From positions 48,084-112,083 of the IMG/VR virus record IMGVR_UViG_3300037067_005096: DNA of 64,000 bases. One strand, written 5' to 3'. A program made the position numbers and the translations under genes. The notes below the pieces were generated by a model that saw nothing but the letters and a program-made list of their open reading frames with translations, made no database searches and had not been told where the DNA came from. Of this stretch, positions 9,365-19,712 are shown piece by piece (position 1 is the stretch's first letter; each line of letters starts with the position of its first letter). This DNA is from a virus (lineage: Duplodnaviria > Caudoviricetes).

Positions 9365-11937
9365 GCTGCTATCTTCAAATCAACGGCTTCTCCCAATGAC
9401 GGGCCTGCTTTGGCTTCAGCACAAATAGGAACATTTAGCTGAATATCCAACTCATCCAGTATTCGAGGATGACTCATTATCTTGAGCACTTTCTTGGCAA
9501 CCTTTTCAAGAGACTCATTGCGCACCTCGAACAAGATAGAGTCATGCACCTCACCAAACATATATCCGTCTTCTGGGTCTAGCCAGTTATGGATTTCGAT
9601 TATGCTCATCAGCTTGAGGTCAGATGCAAACCCTTGTACAGGAGTGTTGATAGCCATTCTGACCGCTTCTGAATACTTCGCTTTCGCTTCTCTACTGGAA
9701 TCCGAGTCAAGTCTGATGTTGGGCAGATGTCTTCGGCGTCCAGATAGGCTCTCTACGTAACCAAGCCTCTGTGCCTCTCGTTCTTGTTTGCCATACCACG
9801 GTTCCAAACCTACGTGGTCAGCGAAGAATCCAGCACGAGTCTTGTTGCATTCCGCCATCGACAAGTCCAAATCATAATCAGTAAGAGCGTATGTCTTGTA
9901 CTTGGCAGCTTGCATTCCATAAATGAATCCGAAGTTTGCAGCCTTCGCCTTCTTACGTTTGTCTTTCTGCTCATCAGGAGAGAGTTGTGCCCACTCCTCT
10001 GGGGTCATGTGCATAATGCGCATAGCCCTGATGGTGTGAATGTCTTGACCCTCCTGATAGGCTTTCAGCAACAATGGGTCTTTTGACAGTTCACCGGCGA
10101 TACGAAGCTCTATCTGGCTGAAGTCCACCTCCATGATACTCCAACCCTCACGTGCTCGAATGCAGTGACGCACACTGAGCTTCTTCGGCCCGTATTTGGT
10201 GTATGGTAGATTCTGCAGATTCATTCCATTGTCTCTGCTCTTAGCTGCTGTCTTCCGTTCATTCTCTTTGCCGGATGCCGTTCTACCGGTTACCGTGCCT
10301 GTGAGTCTATACGATGTAGTGATTCTCCCACGAGTTTCTGCTGCTATCAGCATCGGCTCAATGTATGTAGAGAGCATCTTCGCCAATCCACGCCACTCTA
10401 ACAGCTTACTGATGAATGGTTTGCCCTTCAAATGCAAGAGAGCATCACTGCCAGTTGATAGACTTCCAGTCTTCGTCCGAGACAAACGTCTATCAGGATT
10501 GACCGGGTACTTCAAGCGGGTGAAGATGATGTCTCCAAGCTGCTTAGGGCTGGCAAAGGCTTTGGATGTAACCTCTATACCATGTTCATTAAGAATATCA
10601 TGAAGGTCTGCTTCGACCTTTTTAAGCTCGGAAGTGACTATCTTACGAAGCTCTAAGCACGTGTCTCGGTCAACCGGCCAACCCTGCAATTCCATCTCAG
10701 TGAAAATGCTGTCCATCGGTCGAATGACTCGTGTGTAGAGCTTCCGAATCCGCTTCTTGTCAGAAGTCTTCAATGCCTTGATATACTTCTGTGCCAGTAG
10801 TAACGATGCCACAGTATCCCTGGCCGCATAAGGAATCAACACATCAAGGTCTTTGGTGAGCTTATCAGAGATGTCATACGTAGGATACCCCAACTCTGAA
10901 GTGATAAGCTGTTTGAGTTTCAGCGACCGGTTCTCATCGAGGTTGTGTGCTACATGTAGAGTATCCATGTAGACGTTTGGAGCTTCAATCGGTTTACCAA
11001 ACTCTCGTTTACCCCACTCGTACAACCACAGCCGGTCAAACTTGCCGTTGTGCCAAATGCACGCAGACTCCGCCAGGATTTCTCGGACTATTTCTACAGC
11101 TTCTTCCAGAGATTCTTCACCCTGCCAAAAGCTGCAACCATTCTTCTTGCTCGTGTAGTAGCAGTCGTCTTCAATCCCCAAAGGAACAAACACACCGCCG
11201 AAATCTGTGTCCCAACAGAACTGTATCGAACGAACGTGCTTGCCCGGAGTATAGGGGTTAAGACCTTGTGTTTCAATGTCAGCAGCAACAACTCCTCCGG
11301 CATCACGCTGGATTCTCTTCTGTATTGCTCGTAGCGAGCGGAGGGTATCTGCCACATATATAGGTGGGTTGAATTCCAACGTCTCAGACTGCCCGCTAAT
11401 CCACTCCACAAAACGACGCAGATTCGCCCATATCTGGTCTTTGACTTGCTGATTATAAAGACCTTGCAACCAGTGATTAGTCGGGTAGATATAAGCCTGC
11501 AGAGTCTCGTCATAGTAGCGATTACCCATCTTCTCAAGCGGGCACTTCCTGTGCGTAACGCCATAGTGAGCATTGCTACCAAACGTGATGATATGCTTAG
11601 GCTTGAGTCTCGCCAACTCTTTAGACAGATATTCACCTGCACAGACCTTTACCTGCTTTGCATCGGGCTTGACATCCTTCGAGGGTCGGGAACATTTGAG
11701 AGCATAAGTGCAGTAGGCATTGATACCGTTCTGCTCGAAGAAAGAGCGTATCTCTGTCAGCCCCTTGCCAGAGTATATGCGCCCATAAATGTCATCTTGC
11801 ATCGGAGGTTGTTCAACTACCAGCACCACATCACAATTCTCAGGAATGTTCTCCACAGAGGGCATTAGGCACGGATTCTTTGGTGGTTTGGCATTGTCAA
11901 CTCCGAATAAGCACAGATTACATTTTGGATTACGCAT
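9361..11937 (-). CDS. polA: Family A DNA polymerase with N-terminal family-4 UDG-like domain and 3'-5' exonuclease
   Basis: DIET exo I, HNGKFD exo II, DFSQIELR motif A, KAANFGFIYG motif B, VHDS motif C; N-terminal CxxC/LKC/C cluster. Confidence 0.95.
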   Translation of the reverse strand: MRNPKCNLCLFGVDNAKPPKNPCLMPSVENIPENCDVVLVVEQPPMQDDIYGRIYSGKGLTEIRSFFEQNGINAYCTYALKCSRPSKDVKPDAKQVKVCAGEYLSKELARLKPKHIITFGSNAHYGVTHRKCPLEKMGNRYYDETLQAYIYPTNHWLQGLYNQQVKDQIWANLRRFVEWISGQSETLEFNPPIYVADTLRSLRAIQKRIQRDAGGVVAADIETQGLNPYTPGKHVRSIQFCWDTDFGGVFVPLGIEDDCYYTSKKNGCSFWQGEESLEEAVEIVREILAESACIWHNGKFDRLWLYEWGKREFGKPIEAPNVYMDTLHVAHNLDENRSLKLKQLITSELGYPTYDISDKLTKDLDVLIPYAARDTVASLLLAQKYIKALKTSDKKRIRKLYTRVIRPMDSIFTEMELQGWPVDRDTCLELRKIVTSELKKVEADLHDILNEHGIEVTSKAFASPKQLGDIIFTRLKYPVNPDRRLSRTKTGSLSTGSDALLHLKGKPFISKLLEWRGLAKMLSTYIEPMLIAAETRGRITTSYRLTGTVTGRTASGKENERKTAAKSRDNGMNLQNLPYTKYGPKKLSVRHCIRAREGWSIMEVDFSQIELRIAGELSKDPLLLKAYQEGQDIHTIRAMRIMHMTPEEWAQLSPDEQKDKRKKAKAANFGFIYGMQAAKYKTYALTDYDLDLSMAECNKTRAGFFADHVGLEPWYGKQEREAQRLGYVESLSGRRRHLPNIRLDSDSSREAKAKYSEAVRMAINTPVQGFASDLKLMSIIEIHNWLDPEDGYMFGEVHDSILFEVRNESLEKVAKKVLKIMSHPRILDELDIQLNVPICAEAKAGPSLGEAVDLKIAA

Positions 11938-12021
11938 AAGGAAACCGCCTTGTTGAGAATAGCGACCCGGAGAGGGAGGAAGCCGCTCTCCGGGTCTTTG
12001 TGTCCGGGGCCTACAGGAGGA

Positions 12022-13011
12022 CTATTCCTCGTCCTCATCCACAGACTTCTTCTTGCCCTTCTTGCCCACGCTGGACAAGTCATCGTCGTCTTCATCTTCA
12101 TCGAGGTCGGGGTAACCGGCTCGACCCTTAGACTTCGGCTTGTCTTCGTCCTCATCGTCGTCATCATCCGTTGACTTCTTTGAGGTCTTCTTGGCGGGTT
12201 TCTCGTCCTCATCGTCGTCATCATCCGTTGACTTCTTTGAGGTCTTCTTGGCGGGTTTCTCGTCCTCATCGTCGTCATCATCCGTTGACTTCTTTGAGGT
12301 CTTCTTTCCGCCCTTGACCGGGGCCGCAGGAGTGTCGTCGTCATCATCGTCCTCGACGGCTGCTCGCTGCCTCTTCGGGATGTCCTCTTCGTCGATGTCG
12401 TCGTCATCCTTGCACTTGTCCACCGACAGGACTTTCTCCTCGTACTTATCGAGTTCGGCGTTGTCCTCGTACTCCTTGACGCGAGCCAGAACCAGTTCTC
12501 GAAGAACCTGGATATGGGCGAGTTCATCTTCGGTCAGCGTGCGGGCAATAGCAAACTTGGGTTTCGACCAGGTATACTGCTTGCCCTTTATCTGTTCCGC
12601 CGTGAATTCGCACAGCACCTCGTAGTAGTTCTTGTCGTTCTGGTAGACTTCCTTAGCGAAGTACTTCCAGTTGCGCAAGGCTGTCGGAGAGACATACATC
12701 AACTCCGGCATGTACTTGCCGACACGGACAATATAGAGTGCCCGCTTCTCTTTCGGTTCGTTTCCGGCTTCCCGGTCTTCATCCGACTGGTAGAAGTTCT
12801 TCTTGGCAACGAGAACTACACCATAGAACGTTTTTTCGATTTCGACGTTATCCGGCTCATCTCGTGTCGGTGCGGGAAGCTCGAAACGAGGCTTCTTGCC
12901 ATCCATCTTGATTCGGCCAAACCGCCAGTCTTCGTCGTCCTGTAGGACTTCACGAATCTGCTCCAGTTTGGTCTGAGACGGCAGCCTCAGTTTCAGGGTG
13001 TCATCGCTCAT
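12022..13011 (-). CDS. Probable ssDNA-binding protein with long acidic low-complexity tail
   Basis: Position upstream of polymerase, beta-rich N-terminal half, Asp/Glu/Lys-rich tail, own promoter and strong RBS. Confidence 0.55.
   Translation of the reverse strand: MSDDTLKLRLPSQTKLEQIREVLQDDEDWRFGRIKMDGKKPRFELPAPTRDEPDNVEIEKTFYGVVLVAKKNFYQSDEDREAGNEPKEKRALYIVRVGKYMPELMYVSPTALRNWKYFAKEVYQNDKNYYEVLCEFTAEQIKGKQYTWSKPKFAIARTLTEDELAHIQVLRELVLARVKEYEDNAELDKYEEKVLSVDKCKDDDDIDEEDIPKRQRAAVEDDDDDDTPAAPVKGGKKTSKKSTDDDDDEDEKPAKKTSKKSTDDDDDEDEKPAKKTSKKSTDDDDDEDEDKPKSKGRAGYPDLDEDEDDDDLSSVGKKGKKKSVDEDEE
12146..12306. repeat. Perfect 57-bp tandem repeat (~2.8 copies) encoding KPAKKTSKKSTDDDDDEDE
   Basis: Units begin at 12146, 12203, 12260. 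Confidence 0.92.
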
Positions 13012-13109
13012 AGTTCATTGCCTCCTTTGTAGGTTGTCCCGATGACTAACTTGGTGTTTCGTCCACCATCAGTATAACATGTGGCAACTCTGACTGTACC
13101 CTAGTAATT

Positions 13110-13364
13110 CTACCAGGTTTTCAGGATTGCCTTTGAGTCCAACAGAATGGACTTCACGCGAAAACTTGTCCAACGAGATTCCCCGTAGGCAAACATTCGC
13201 TTCGGGTCTTTAGGGTAGAACCACTCAGGGTCTACCATCAATACGGTGTCGTTATGGACGCATTTTACCCTCCCGTCACCATAGTACTTGCCCCGGCACT
13301 CGAACTCTTCACCGGTTGCATAGTCTATGATAGTCACGACTGCCGGACACATAGTTACTGTCAT
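13110..13364 (-). CDS. Hypothetical protein
   Basis: ORF overlapping stop of the SNF2 gene. Confidence 0.65.
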   Translation of the reverse strand: MTVTMCPAVVTIIDYATGEEFECRGKYYGDGRVKCVHNDTVLMVDPEWFYPKDPKRMFAYGESRWTSFRVKSILLDSKAILKTW

Positions 13365-14830
13365 GCGAATAAGGCCCTCCAGTCGTGTTCGATAGACGCT
13401 GCCAAGCTCAAGTCACGTTCCAGTGCTCGCATAATCTTCATGTCAATGGTGTTCTTGCAGAGCAGATGGATATATGTGATGTTCTTGGTTTGACCACCCC
13501 TATGATTTCGAGCCAGCATTTGCTCATACCGCTCAGTGTCATAGCTGTGACTAAAGAATACTATCATATCAGCGAAACGCATGTCAACGCCTTTGGCTCC
13601 GACACGTTCTTTCACTATAAATGCCAAGTCTTCAGCAGCCGCTTGAATCATCTTGTGTCGAGCTTCTGCCCCCTTTACAGAACCATTCAGTACCTTTGGT
13701 GTGAACCCGAAACGTTTACGAATAGCGGCTGCAATGATTCGTTCCTCCTCATCAAATTGAGTGACAATAACTGTGGGGGAATCTCGCTCTTCCAAGATTT
13801 CCATTAGCACGTCCAACTTCTCAGTGCTCAATCGCACTGGGTCGGGTTTGATGTCTGGTGTATCTTCGTCTGGGTCGGGGTATACAAATCCACCAGTAAT
13901 CTGCATCAACTTCCGAATTGACGTGAATACATGGTCAGCAGATACAGTTGTTTGGGCATCCAACTCTGCTATGGTCTGCTCCACCAGGTCATCGTAAATC
14001 TTCCGTGACTTGGCAGACAACTCTATCAGTCGAGTTTCATGCACAGCCGGAGGAAGGTCGAGCACGTCTGATTTCTTCAACATGACAGCGACCTTTGACA
14101 TCTTACGTACCAGGTCTCCAAGATTGTGGTAACCCAACACTGCCCCACGAATATATGGATGTGGGATTGCGTACACAGACTTGAACGGTAAGAAGACTGG
14201 TGGAAATACCTCATCACCACAGGCAAAGTTGATTTGTGCCCATACATCGAGGGGTCGTTTGGTATAAGCTGAACCCGTCATCACAATACGATAAGTACTT
14301 CGAGGGGCCAGCTTACGCCGAAAGAACTTTGAGACTTTCGAGCCAGGAGTTTTGATTGCCGTGCTCTCATCGAGTATGCCAACATCCCATTTCAGGTCTT
14401 GCATGGCTGTATCTACCTTTTCCAGCACACGCACCGTTTCCCCACGCCGTCTTCGTGGTATTCGTTTGTATCCTATCTGCCAAGCAGCTTCATAGTTGAC
14501 CAGACAAATAACTGGGAATCCATCTGCAGCCAATCGTTTGGCTAAGCGCAGTCCGGCTGAACCAGACTCGTGCAAGTCGATGAAAGCTACTGGAGCCGTT
14601 CCCCACTCATGCCAGTTCTCAACCCATACATGTAATGCCGACAATGGAGCGGCAACATATATAAGTCTGGCATGATGCTTGCGAAATAGATGCTCCAAGA
14701 GGTGGATTGCAACACGGGTCTTGCCCGTGCCCATTTCCATATAGAGGCAAACACCCTTACCTCTGTCTACTCGTTTGACAGCGAAACCCAGGGCTTCTGC
14801 CTGTTTTTTCCACATCGGGGGTCTCTTCAT
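13361..14830 (-). CDS. SNF2-family helicase
   Basis: MEMGTGKT, ILDEST, MTGS, QMLARNHRGGQ. Confidence 0.92.
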   Translation of the reverse strand: MKRPPMWKKQAEALGFAVKRVDRGKGVCLYMEMGTGKTRVAIHLLEHLFRKHHARLIYVAAPLSALHVWVENWHEWGTAPVAFIDLHESGSAGLRLAKRLAADGFPVICLVNYEAAWQIGYKRIPRRRRGETVRVLEKVDTAMQDLKWDVGILDESTAIKTPGSKVSKFFRRKLAPRSTYRIVMTGSAYTKRPLDVWAQINFACGDEVFPPVFLPFKSVYAIPHPYIRGAVLGYHNLGDLVRKMSKVAVMLKKSDVLDLPPAVHETRLIELSAKSRKIYDDLVEQTIAELDAQTTVSADHVFTSIRKLMQITGGFVYPDPDEDTPDIKPDPVRLSTEKLDVLMEILEERDSPTVIVTQFDEEERIIAAAIRKRFGFTPKVLNGSVKGAEARHKMIQAAAEDLAFIVKERVGAKGVDMRFADMIVFFSHSYDTERYEQMLARNHRGGQTKNITYIHLLCKNTIDMKIMRALERDLSLAASIEHDWRALFA

Positions 14831-14836
14831 ACTTGA

Positions 14837-14987
14837 AGTATAACATACCCGGACAGAACCAGCAACCCAGTATAATTACCGGTTTTCGTGCGTGGACGGA
14901 AGAAGCTCTTGCTATTTTTGGCGATGTCCAGGTATAATACCTGTAGCACTTTTCTCTGCCCTGAGCAGATTTGAGGTATAACCATAT
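14837..14987. promoter_or_regulatory. Divergent promoters for SNF2 helicase and primase-helicase
   Basis: Minus: TTGCTG-17-TATACT 6 nt before ATG; plus: TATAAC 5 nt before ATG; palindrome at 14867-14882. Confidence 0.7.
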
Positions 14988-17786
14988 ATGAAGACTTCGA
15001 CCGATGCAACGCATGCGGTTGAGTTTCTGCGTTGGATGTTTGGTGACCAACCTGACGGTTACATCTACATCTTACGGAGCCGTCCTAGCTCTGACCCAGT
15101 AGAAGCTCGACAAGGAAAGCCAGACCTGAACCCGGCAACCTTTTCAACACCTGAGAAGGTTGACTCCCACTGGTGGAACGAACAAGGACATCATTGGACA
15201 ATGATGTTCTCAACAGCGACCGTCAAGACTCCAGTCAATCGGCAAGCTGAAAAGCCTAAGAGCAAGAACAATGCTATCCCAAACACGGTATCTATTCCGG
15301 CGTTGTGGTGTGACATTGACGGGTGTAAGAAAGCTGGTATTCCGGCTGATGAGTTCTACTCAGATATTCGGAACTCAGAAGAAGCCTCTGCGTGGGTGCA
15401 ATCATCGGAACGTGGATTACAAGCATACTTCAAACTGCCAGAACCATACGAAGCCAATGGGGATAAAGACCGCTTTGCCGAAGACTTAGCGGGCTTACTC
15501 TATGATATGGCTCTGTACTACGGCGGAGACTGCAAGGTTGTTCGTTTAGGTGGACTCATGCGTCTACCTGGGTCACTGAACATCAAACCAGAGTACAAGG
15601 GCAGTTATGTGATGGCCCGCACTCTGACCACGAATGACACAACATTCACACTACGAGAACTGAAAGAGCGATTCCAGCCTGACCCAGACATTGTTCCACG
15701 GGTGGTTGGCTATGCCTGTATTCGTGCGCTGTCCAATATCTGGCAAGAGGGCGAGCGGCACGAGATTATGCTGCGTTTTATCGGTTCTGTTCGTAGGCAC
15801 GGCATCAACAAAGAAGCCTGCAAACGGGTATGCCGAGAAGTGCAGAACTACTTCCGGGATGAAGACCGCACTGGTGACATCGACTCGACTTATGATAAGC
15901 CATTCAACGAGATTATGACTCTGCACACTGATTATCGCAGTGTTGCAGAGGATGTAGCAAAGGCTATCGAGTTTTGGGTCGAACTGAAGAAAGAGTATTG
16001 CAAAAAGCGTGGGTTTGACTTTTTCCCGGAGAATGTAGACCCCACACAACCAGTAATCAGTGATGACGATTTCTTCGAGAAAGGAAATGAAACCTGGTTT
16101 CACGGGCCAGATACAGATAAACAGTTCTGTAACTTCGTTATCAGACTCAAAGGAAGAGTCATCAAAGCAGACACCAAAGCCTCAGCTTGGGTAGCTGATG
16201 TCTACACACTCGGTGAGCCTGCAACACGTATAGAAATATCAACTGCCGACCACTCCCAGTGGCAGCGATTCCTACTCAAGCCGGGAATGCCAGTAGGATT
16301 GTCTGTTCAGGAACCGAAGTTGTGGGCACATTATATCGCGTTTCTGCAGCGTAATTGCCCTAACATGGTCATCAAAGAAACCCTTTACTACGGCTGGTTG
16401 GACACAGAAGAAGACCGACCAACGTTAGTGCTGCCCCACGTAGAGCATGACAGCTATATATGGTCACCCAATCGAGAAGATACGGCTGTCTCACCAACCG
16501 TATTCACGCAAGAGATTTCCTATGACCAGGTTCGAGAATACTTACGTGACTTTATCAAGTACTATGCCAACTACCATGAGCCAAAATACATCTGGCCTGC
16601 ATTAGGATGGTTTGCTGCTTGCTCAGTGAAAGGCTTGATACATCCACAGTTGAATGGTTTTCCAGTTCTTGTAGTGAATGGTTTGCATAACTCTGGAAAG
16701 AGCTATCTCATTGAGGATGTTCTTGCTGTTCACTACGGATGCCAAAACATTGTGAGCTTCCAGGGGTCTACATCCTTTGCATTCCGCACAAAGCTGGAAG
16801 CCAACAACATCTGTCCACTGATTATCGGTGAGTTCCGAACAGAGGCTAGGAACGATAAAGATAGAGGCAAGGTCAATGACCTCCTAGACCTCATTCGAGT
16901 TTCTTACGATAAATACACTGTTGCCAGAGGGCAATCGTCATCAAAGCAACTAACCAGTGCGGACTTGCAGACTCCCTGGTGTTTGGTGGGTGAACACCAA
17001 TTCCAGGATACAGCTACTATTGAACGCAGCATTATCTTGACCTTTGACCGTAAACGAGTCAATGAGATTGAGAAAATGCCTCTTGAAGAGCAGCGTCTTT
17101 TGATACAGCAACACCGCTGGCTGCAGAGTCACAAGCATCGTGGTTGGCTGGGAGCCATACTGGTACAGTGGGCAGGCAAGCATATCGAAGACGTGCAGAG
17201 CATAGCTGATGGGTCGAAGAGCTTGGTAGATAAGGGGTGTCCATCGGCTCAGAATCGTAAACGAGTAGGAGTGGCATGCCCGGCAACAGGTCTGATAATG
17301 CTGTCTCGTATCTACAAGGAGTACGACTTGGATTGGCCGTTAGGAAAGAATGAGACTATGAACATACTCTATGAAGGCGATGCTTCCTTACAGGTCGGAC
17401 ACGACCATGACACTATCACTCTTCGATACTTGTTTGAGGTTACTGATAGTGTCATAGTTGAAGGTCACAGAACTGGACGCCCACATGAGGGTAGCTTGTA
17501 TGTCTATGACCTCGATGACAGCAAATACATCTACGTGGATATGACCCGGTGGTTCCGGCTAATTAGACCGTTGATTAGCTCGTCAGACGCCGCAAGCCTG
17601 ACGGACAAGAACGCATTCGCCAATTTGATACAAAACCATCAACGCCAGGAGGACTCTCCCTTTATCGAATTCCTGAATGACCACGCTGTCTTGGGGAATT
17701 GTGTTAAACTAGACCTAGAACGAGTTCGAGCCTTTGGCGTGAATGTGGCTCAATGGAAGGGCATCAATGACTACCAGGACATCTAG
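14988..17786 (+). CDS. Primase-helicase (RepB/AEP-type primase, PriCT-like, P-loop NTPase)
   Basis: LWCDIDG, SERGLQAYF, MRLPGSLNIK, EGERH, GLHNSGKS. Confidence 0.8.
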   Translation: MKTSTDATHAVEFLRWMFGDQPDGYIYILRSRPSSDPVEARQGKPDLNPATFSTPEKVDSHWWNEQGHHWTMMFSTATVKTPVNRQAEKPKSKNNAIPNTVSIPALWCDIDGCKKAGIPADEFYSDIRNSEEASAWVQSSERGLQAYFKLPEPYEANGDKDRFAEDLAGLLYDMALYYGGDCKVVRLGGLMRLPGSLNIKPEYKGSYVMARTLTTNDTTFTLRELKERFQPDPDIVPRVVGYACIRALSNIWQEGERHEIMLRFIGSVRRHGINKEACKRVCREVQNYFRDEDRTGDIDSTYDKPFNEIMTLHTDYRSVAEDVAKAIEFWVELKKEYCKKRGFDFFPENVDPTQPVISDDDFFEKGNETWFHGPDTDKQFCNFVIRLKGRVIKADTKASAWVADVYTLGEPATRIEISTADHSQWQRFLLKPGMPVGLSVQEPKLWAHYIAFLQRNCPNMVIKETLYYGWLDTEEDRPTLVLPHVEHDSYIWSPNREDTAVSPTVFTQEISYDQVREYLRDFIKYYANYHEPKYIWPALGWFAACSVKGLIHPQLNGFPVLVVNGLHNSGKSYLIEDVLAVHYGCQNIVSFQGSTSFAFRTKLEANNICPLIIGEFRTEARNDKDRGKVNDLLDLIRVSYDKYTVARGQSSSKQLTSADLQTPWCLVGEHQFQDTATIERSIILTFDRKRVNEIEKMPLEEQRLLIQQHRWLQSHKHRGWLGAILVQWAGKHIEDVQSIADGSKSLVDKGCPSAQNRKRVGVACPATGLIMLSRIYKEYDLDWPLGKNETMNILYEGDASLQVGHDHDTITLRYLFEVTDSVIVEGHRTGRPHEGSLYVYDLDDSKYIYVDMTRWFRLIRPLISSSDAASLTDKNAFANLIQNHQRQEDSPFIEFLNDHAVLGNCVKLDLERVRAFGVNVAQWKGINDYQDI

Positions 17787-18393
17787 CAAGAAGACACCCA
17801 AACCAAAAGTAGGCTCTACAGGTATTCCAGTATCAGAACAGCAAGAGTCTGACGAATGGAATGGATACCCAACGCCATCTGTTGATGTCAACCGACCAAA
17901 GAGCAAAGAAGAAATTCTATGGTCTGAGTACTCTATCCAACCAAATCTTCCTATAAGAAGCAAAGTCGAACAATTGATGCTGCTATGGAGATTGCCCGCT
18001 GGAGCCATAGCAAGTCTCATGGATTTGTCTTTGAGCGTGGTTCAGGAAGAGATAGATGCTCTTAACAAGGAGTGGGCAGAACTTGGAAAGCCGCTTGATG
18101 AGGAATCACGACAAGTAGTTCGAGGTCGAATGATAGTGGAACTGACTAAGCTCAAAGCCGACCTTGAAACTGCCAATGCTGGAAATCCAGACCCACGTTT
18201 GCTAACCCTCAAACTCCAGGTCATTGAGAAGCTGACAAAACTGCAGGGACTCGACCTTGACCGGAAGAATCCGTCAATCGAGGAAGAGTCGATGAATCCT
18301 GTAGAAGATGCTATTGACGCCCTGGGAGAAGAACGGAGAGCCGAACTATTGGCTCGTCTGAAGAAGACCGCCCCTACACCGACAACAGATTAG
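17767..18393 (+). CDS. HTH/coiled-coil protein, possible terminase small subunit
   Basis: HTH-like LPAGAIASLMDLSLSVVQEEI and IEKLTKLQGLD motif like phage TerS/HTH proteins. Confidence 0.4.
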   Translation: MTTRTSSKKTPKPKVGSTGIPVSEQQESDEWNGYPTPSVDVNRPKSKEEILWSEYSIQPNLPIRSKVEQLMLLWRLPAGAIASLMDLSLSVVQEEIDALNKEWAELGKPLDEESRQVVRGRMIVELTKLKADLETANAGNPDPRLLTLKLQVIEKLTKLQGLDLDRKNPSIEEESMNPVEDAIDALGEERRAELLARLKKTAPTPTTD

Positions 18394-18770
18394 TCTTCGT
18401 CTCCTGGCACAGTTTCTATACGAGGAGCAAATCCAACAGTCATACCCTGGGGCATATTCTGCTGCATACTCTGGCGTTGAAATTCCTGAAACTCCTGGAT
18501 GATGTCGGCTTCGACCTCACGCACAGTATCCAAGAAGGCAGTCAAGGCCGTAATTGCGCTTCCGATTCGAGCCGAAGTGCCTTCGTCACCAGCCAATGCA
18601 AGGAACTTCTTGTTCTGCTCCATTGCCTCTATGCCCGCTTTGAGACCGGCTTTGTAGAAGAAGATAGCCGAATCATTGGGCACTTCTATCTCGACGTAAC
18701 GGGGAGCCGGTTCAAACTTCGTAGCTTCGATAGGTTGCTGTTCTGCACCTTTATCTAGTTGATTGTCCAC
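18390..18770 (-). CDS. Hypothetical protein
   Basis: ORF with GAGGAGG RBS. Confidence 0.7.
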   Translation of the reverse strand: MDNQLDKGAEQQPIEATKFEPAPRYVEIEVPNDSAIFFYKAGLKAGIEAMEQNKKFLALAGDEGTSARIGSAITALTAFLDTVREVEADIIQEFQEFQRQSMQQNMPQGMTVGFAPRIETVPGDED

Positions 18771-19140
18771 CTGAAAGCCTCCTCATCGTTGTATCCAGAA
18801 TCCCACACAGATACTTATGTGTCCATAGAATGCTGGCTTTTGACGGCAACACCAGCATCTCAAAGACAGCATTGTCGAAATCCACCCATATACTGTTATA
18901 GCAACTCAAATCGAGTGCCAAAGAGGTAAGGTTCAAGAGAATCTTGAAAGCACTCTGCCTTGACCGTGCATCACCAAATTGCTCAAGATTCTCTCTCACC
19001 TGCTGAAGCAGAGAGATGTAGTGTTGCTGGTACTTGCTTTGCCGAATACCTTGCAACTCTGTGTAGCTTATAGGCTGGTTGCTTGTCCAGAATGGAAATG
19101 GTATGTCCCGTAACACTGTTCCACCTCTCCGTGTGCTCAA
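18751..19140 (-). CDS. Hypothetical protein
   Basis: Fills gap in minus-strand operon. Confidence 0.55.
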   Translation of the reverse strand: MSTRRGGTVLRDIPFPFWTSNQPISYTELQGIRQSKYQQHYISLLQQVRENLEQFGDARSRQSAFKILLNLTSLALDLSCYNSIWVDFDNAVFEMLVLPSKASILWTHKYLCGILDTTMRRLSGGQSTR

Positions 19141-19142
19141 TC

Positions 19143-19409
19143 CTAAGAAGACTTGTAGGTCATGGCCTGGTCAACGCCCATCGCCGTAGCCCATATCACA
19201 ACTGCATTGAATATCGAGACCAACGCCGCACCCGGCGATGACCAGCTACCAATGACCGCTGCAATGGCTAGGGAGATGATGAACGCCACAAGCTGGGTGA
19301 TACGTCCAGTTACAGAAGGTATGATGGCTTTGAGAACCATCGTTATCAGCGTAACTGCCAACGCAGCCCCACCAACCGTCTTCAACATTTCCACGGTAAA
19401 CCAGTTCAT
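19143..19409 (-). CDS. Small multi-pass membrane protein, holin candidate
   Basis: 88 aa from ATG 19409 with GGAGG RBS; three hydrophobic segments. Confidence 0.55.
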   Translation of the reverse strand: MNWFTVEMLKTVGGAALAVTLITMVLKAIIPSVTGRITQLVAFIISLAIAAVIGSWSSPGAALVSIFNAVVIWATAMGVDQAMTYKSS

Positions 19410-19463
19410 ATATGACCTCCTCTCATGAGTTTGACAGTGCAATTCCGGCTGCACGGTAGACAA

Positions 19464-19712
19464 TCAATGGTCGGAGACCGTATCGCACGTCAACTTCATA
19501 TCTTTCCACCATTTCACCCAATTCCTCACGTTAATGGCGGCTAATACTACAACGCCTGGAACCAAACCATATTGCTTGGTCACCACGGCATAGAATACCC
19601 ATGCAAGCTGCACTCCTACGCCAGTGATAGGCCCCCAGATGGACTTGTTACCCATCAAGTAGAGGTTCAACACCAACAAGGCTGATAGAAGCCATTGCAT
19701 CAAGCTATTCAT
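19464..19712 (-). CDS. Small membrane protein (PnuC-like)
   Basis: Three hydrophobic helices, W-rich C-terminus. Confidence 0.5.
   Translation of the reverse strand: MNSLMQWLLSALLVLNLYLMGNKSIWGPITGVGVQLAWVFYAVVTKQYGLVPGVVVLAAINVRNWVKWWKDMKLTCDTVSDH

Noticed and set aside
11865-12945. Alternative-frame and antisense ORFs over the SSB-like gene
   Set aside because: By-products of low-complexity repeats
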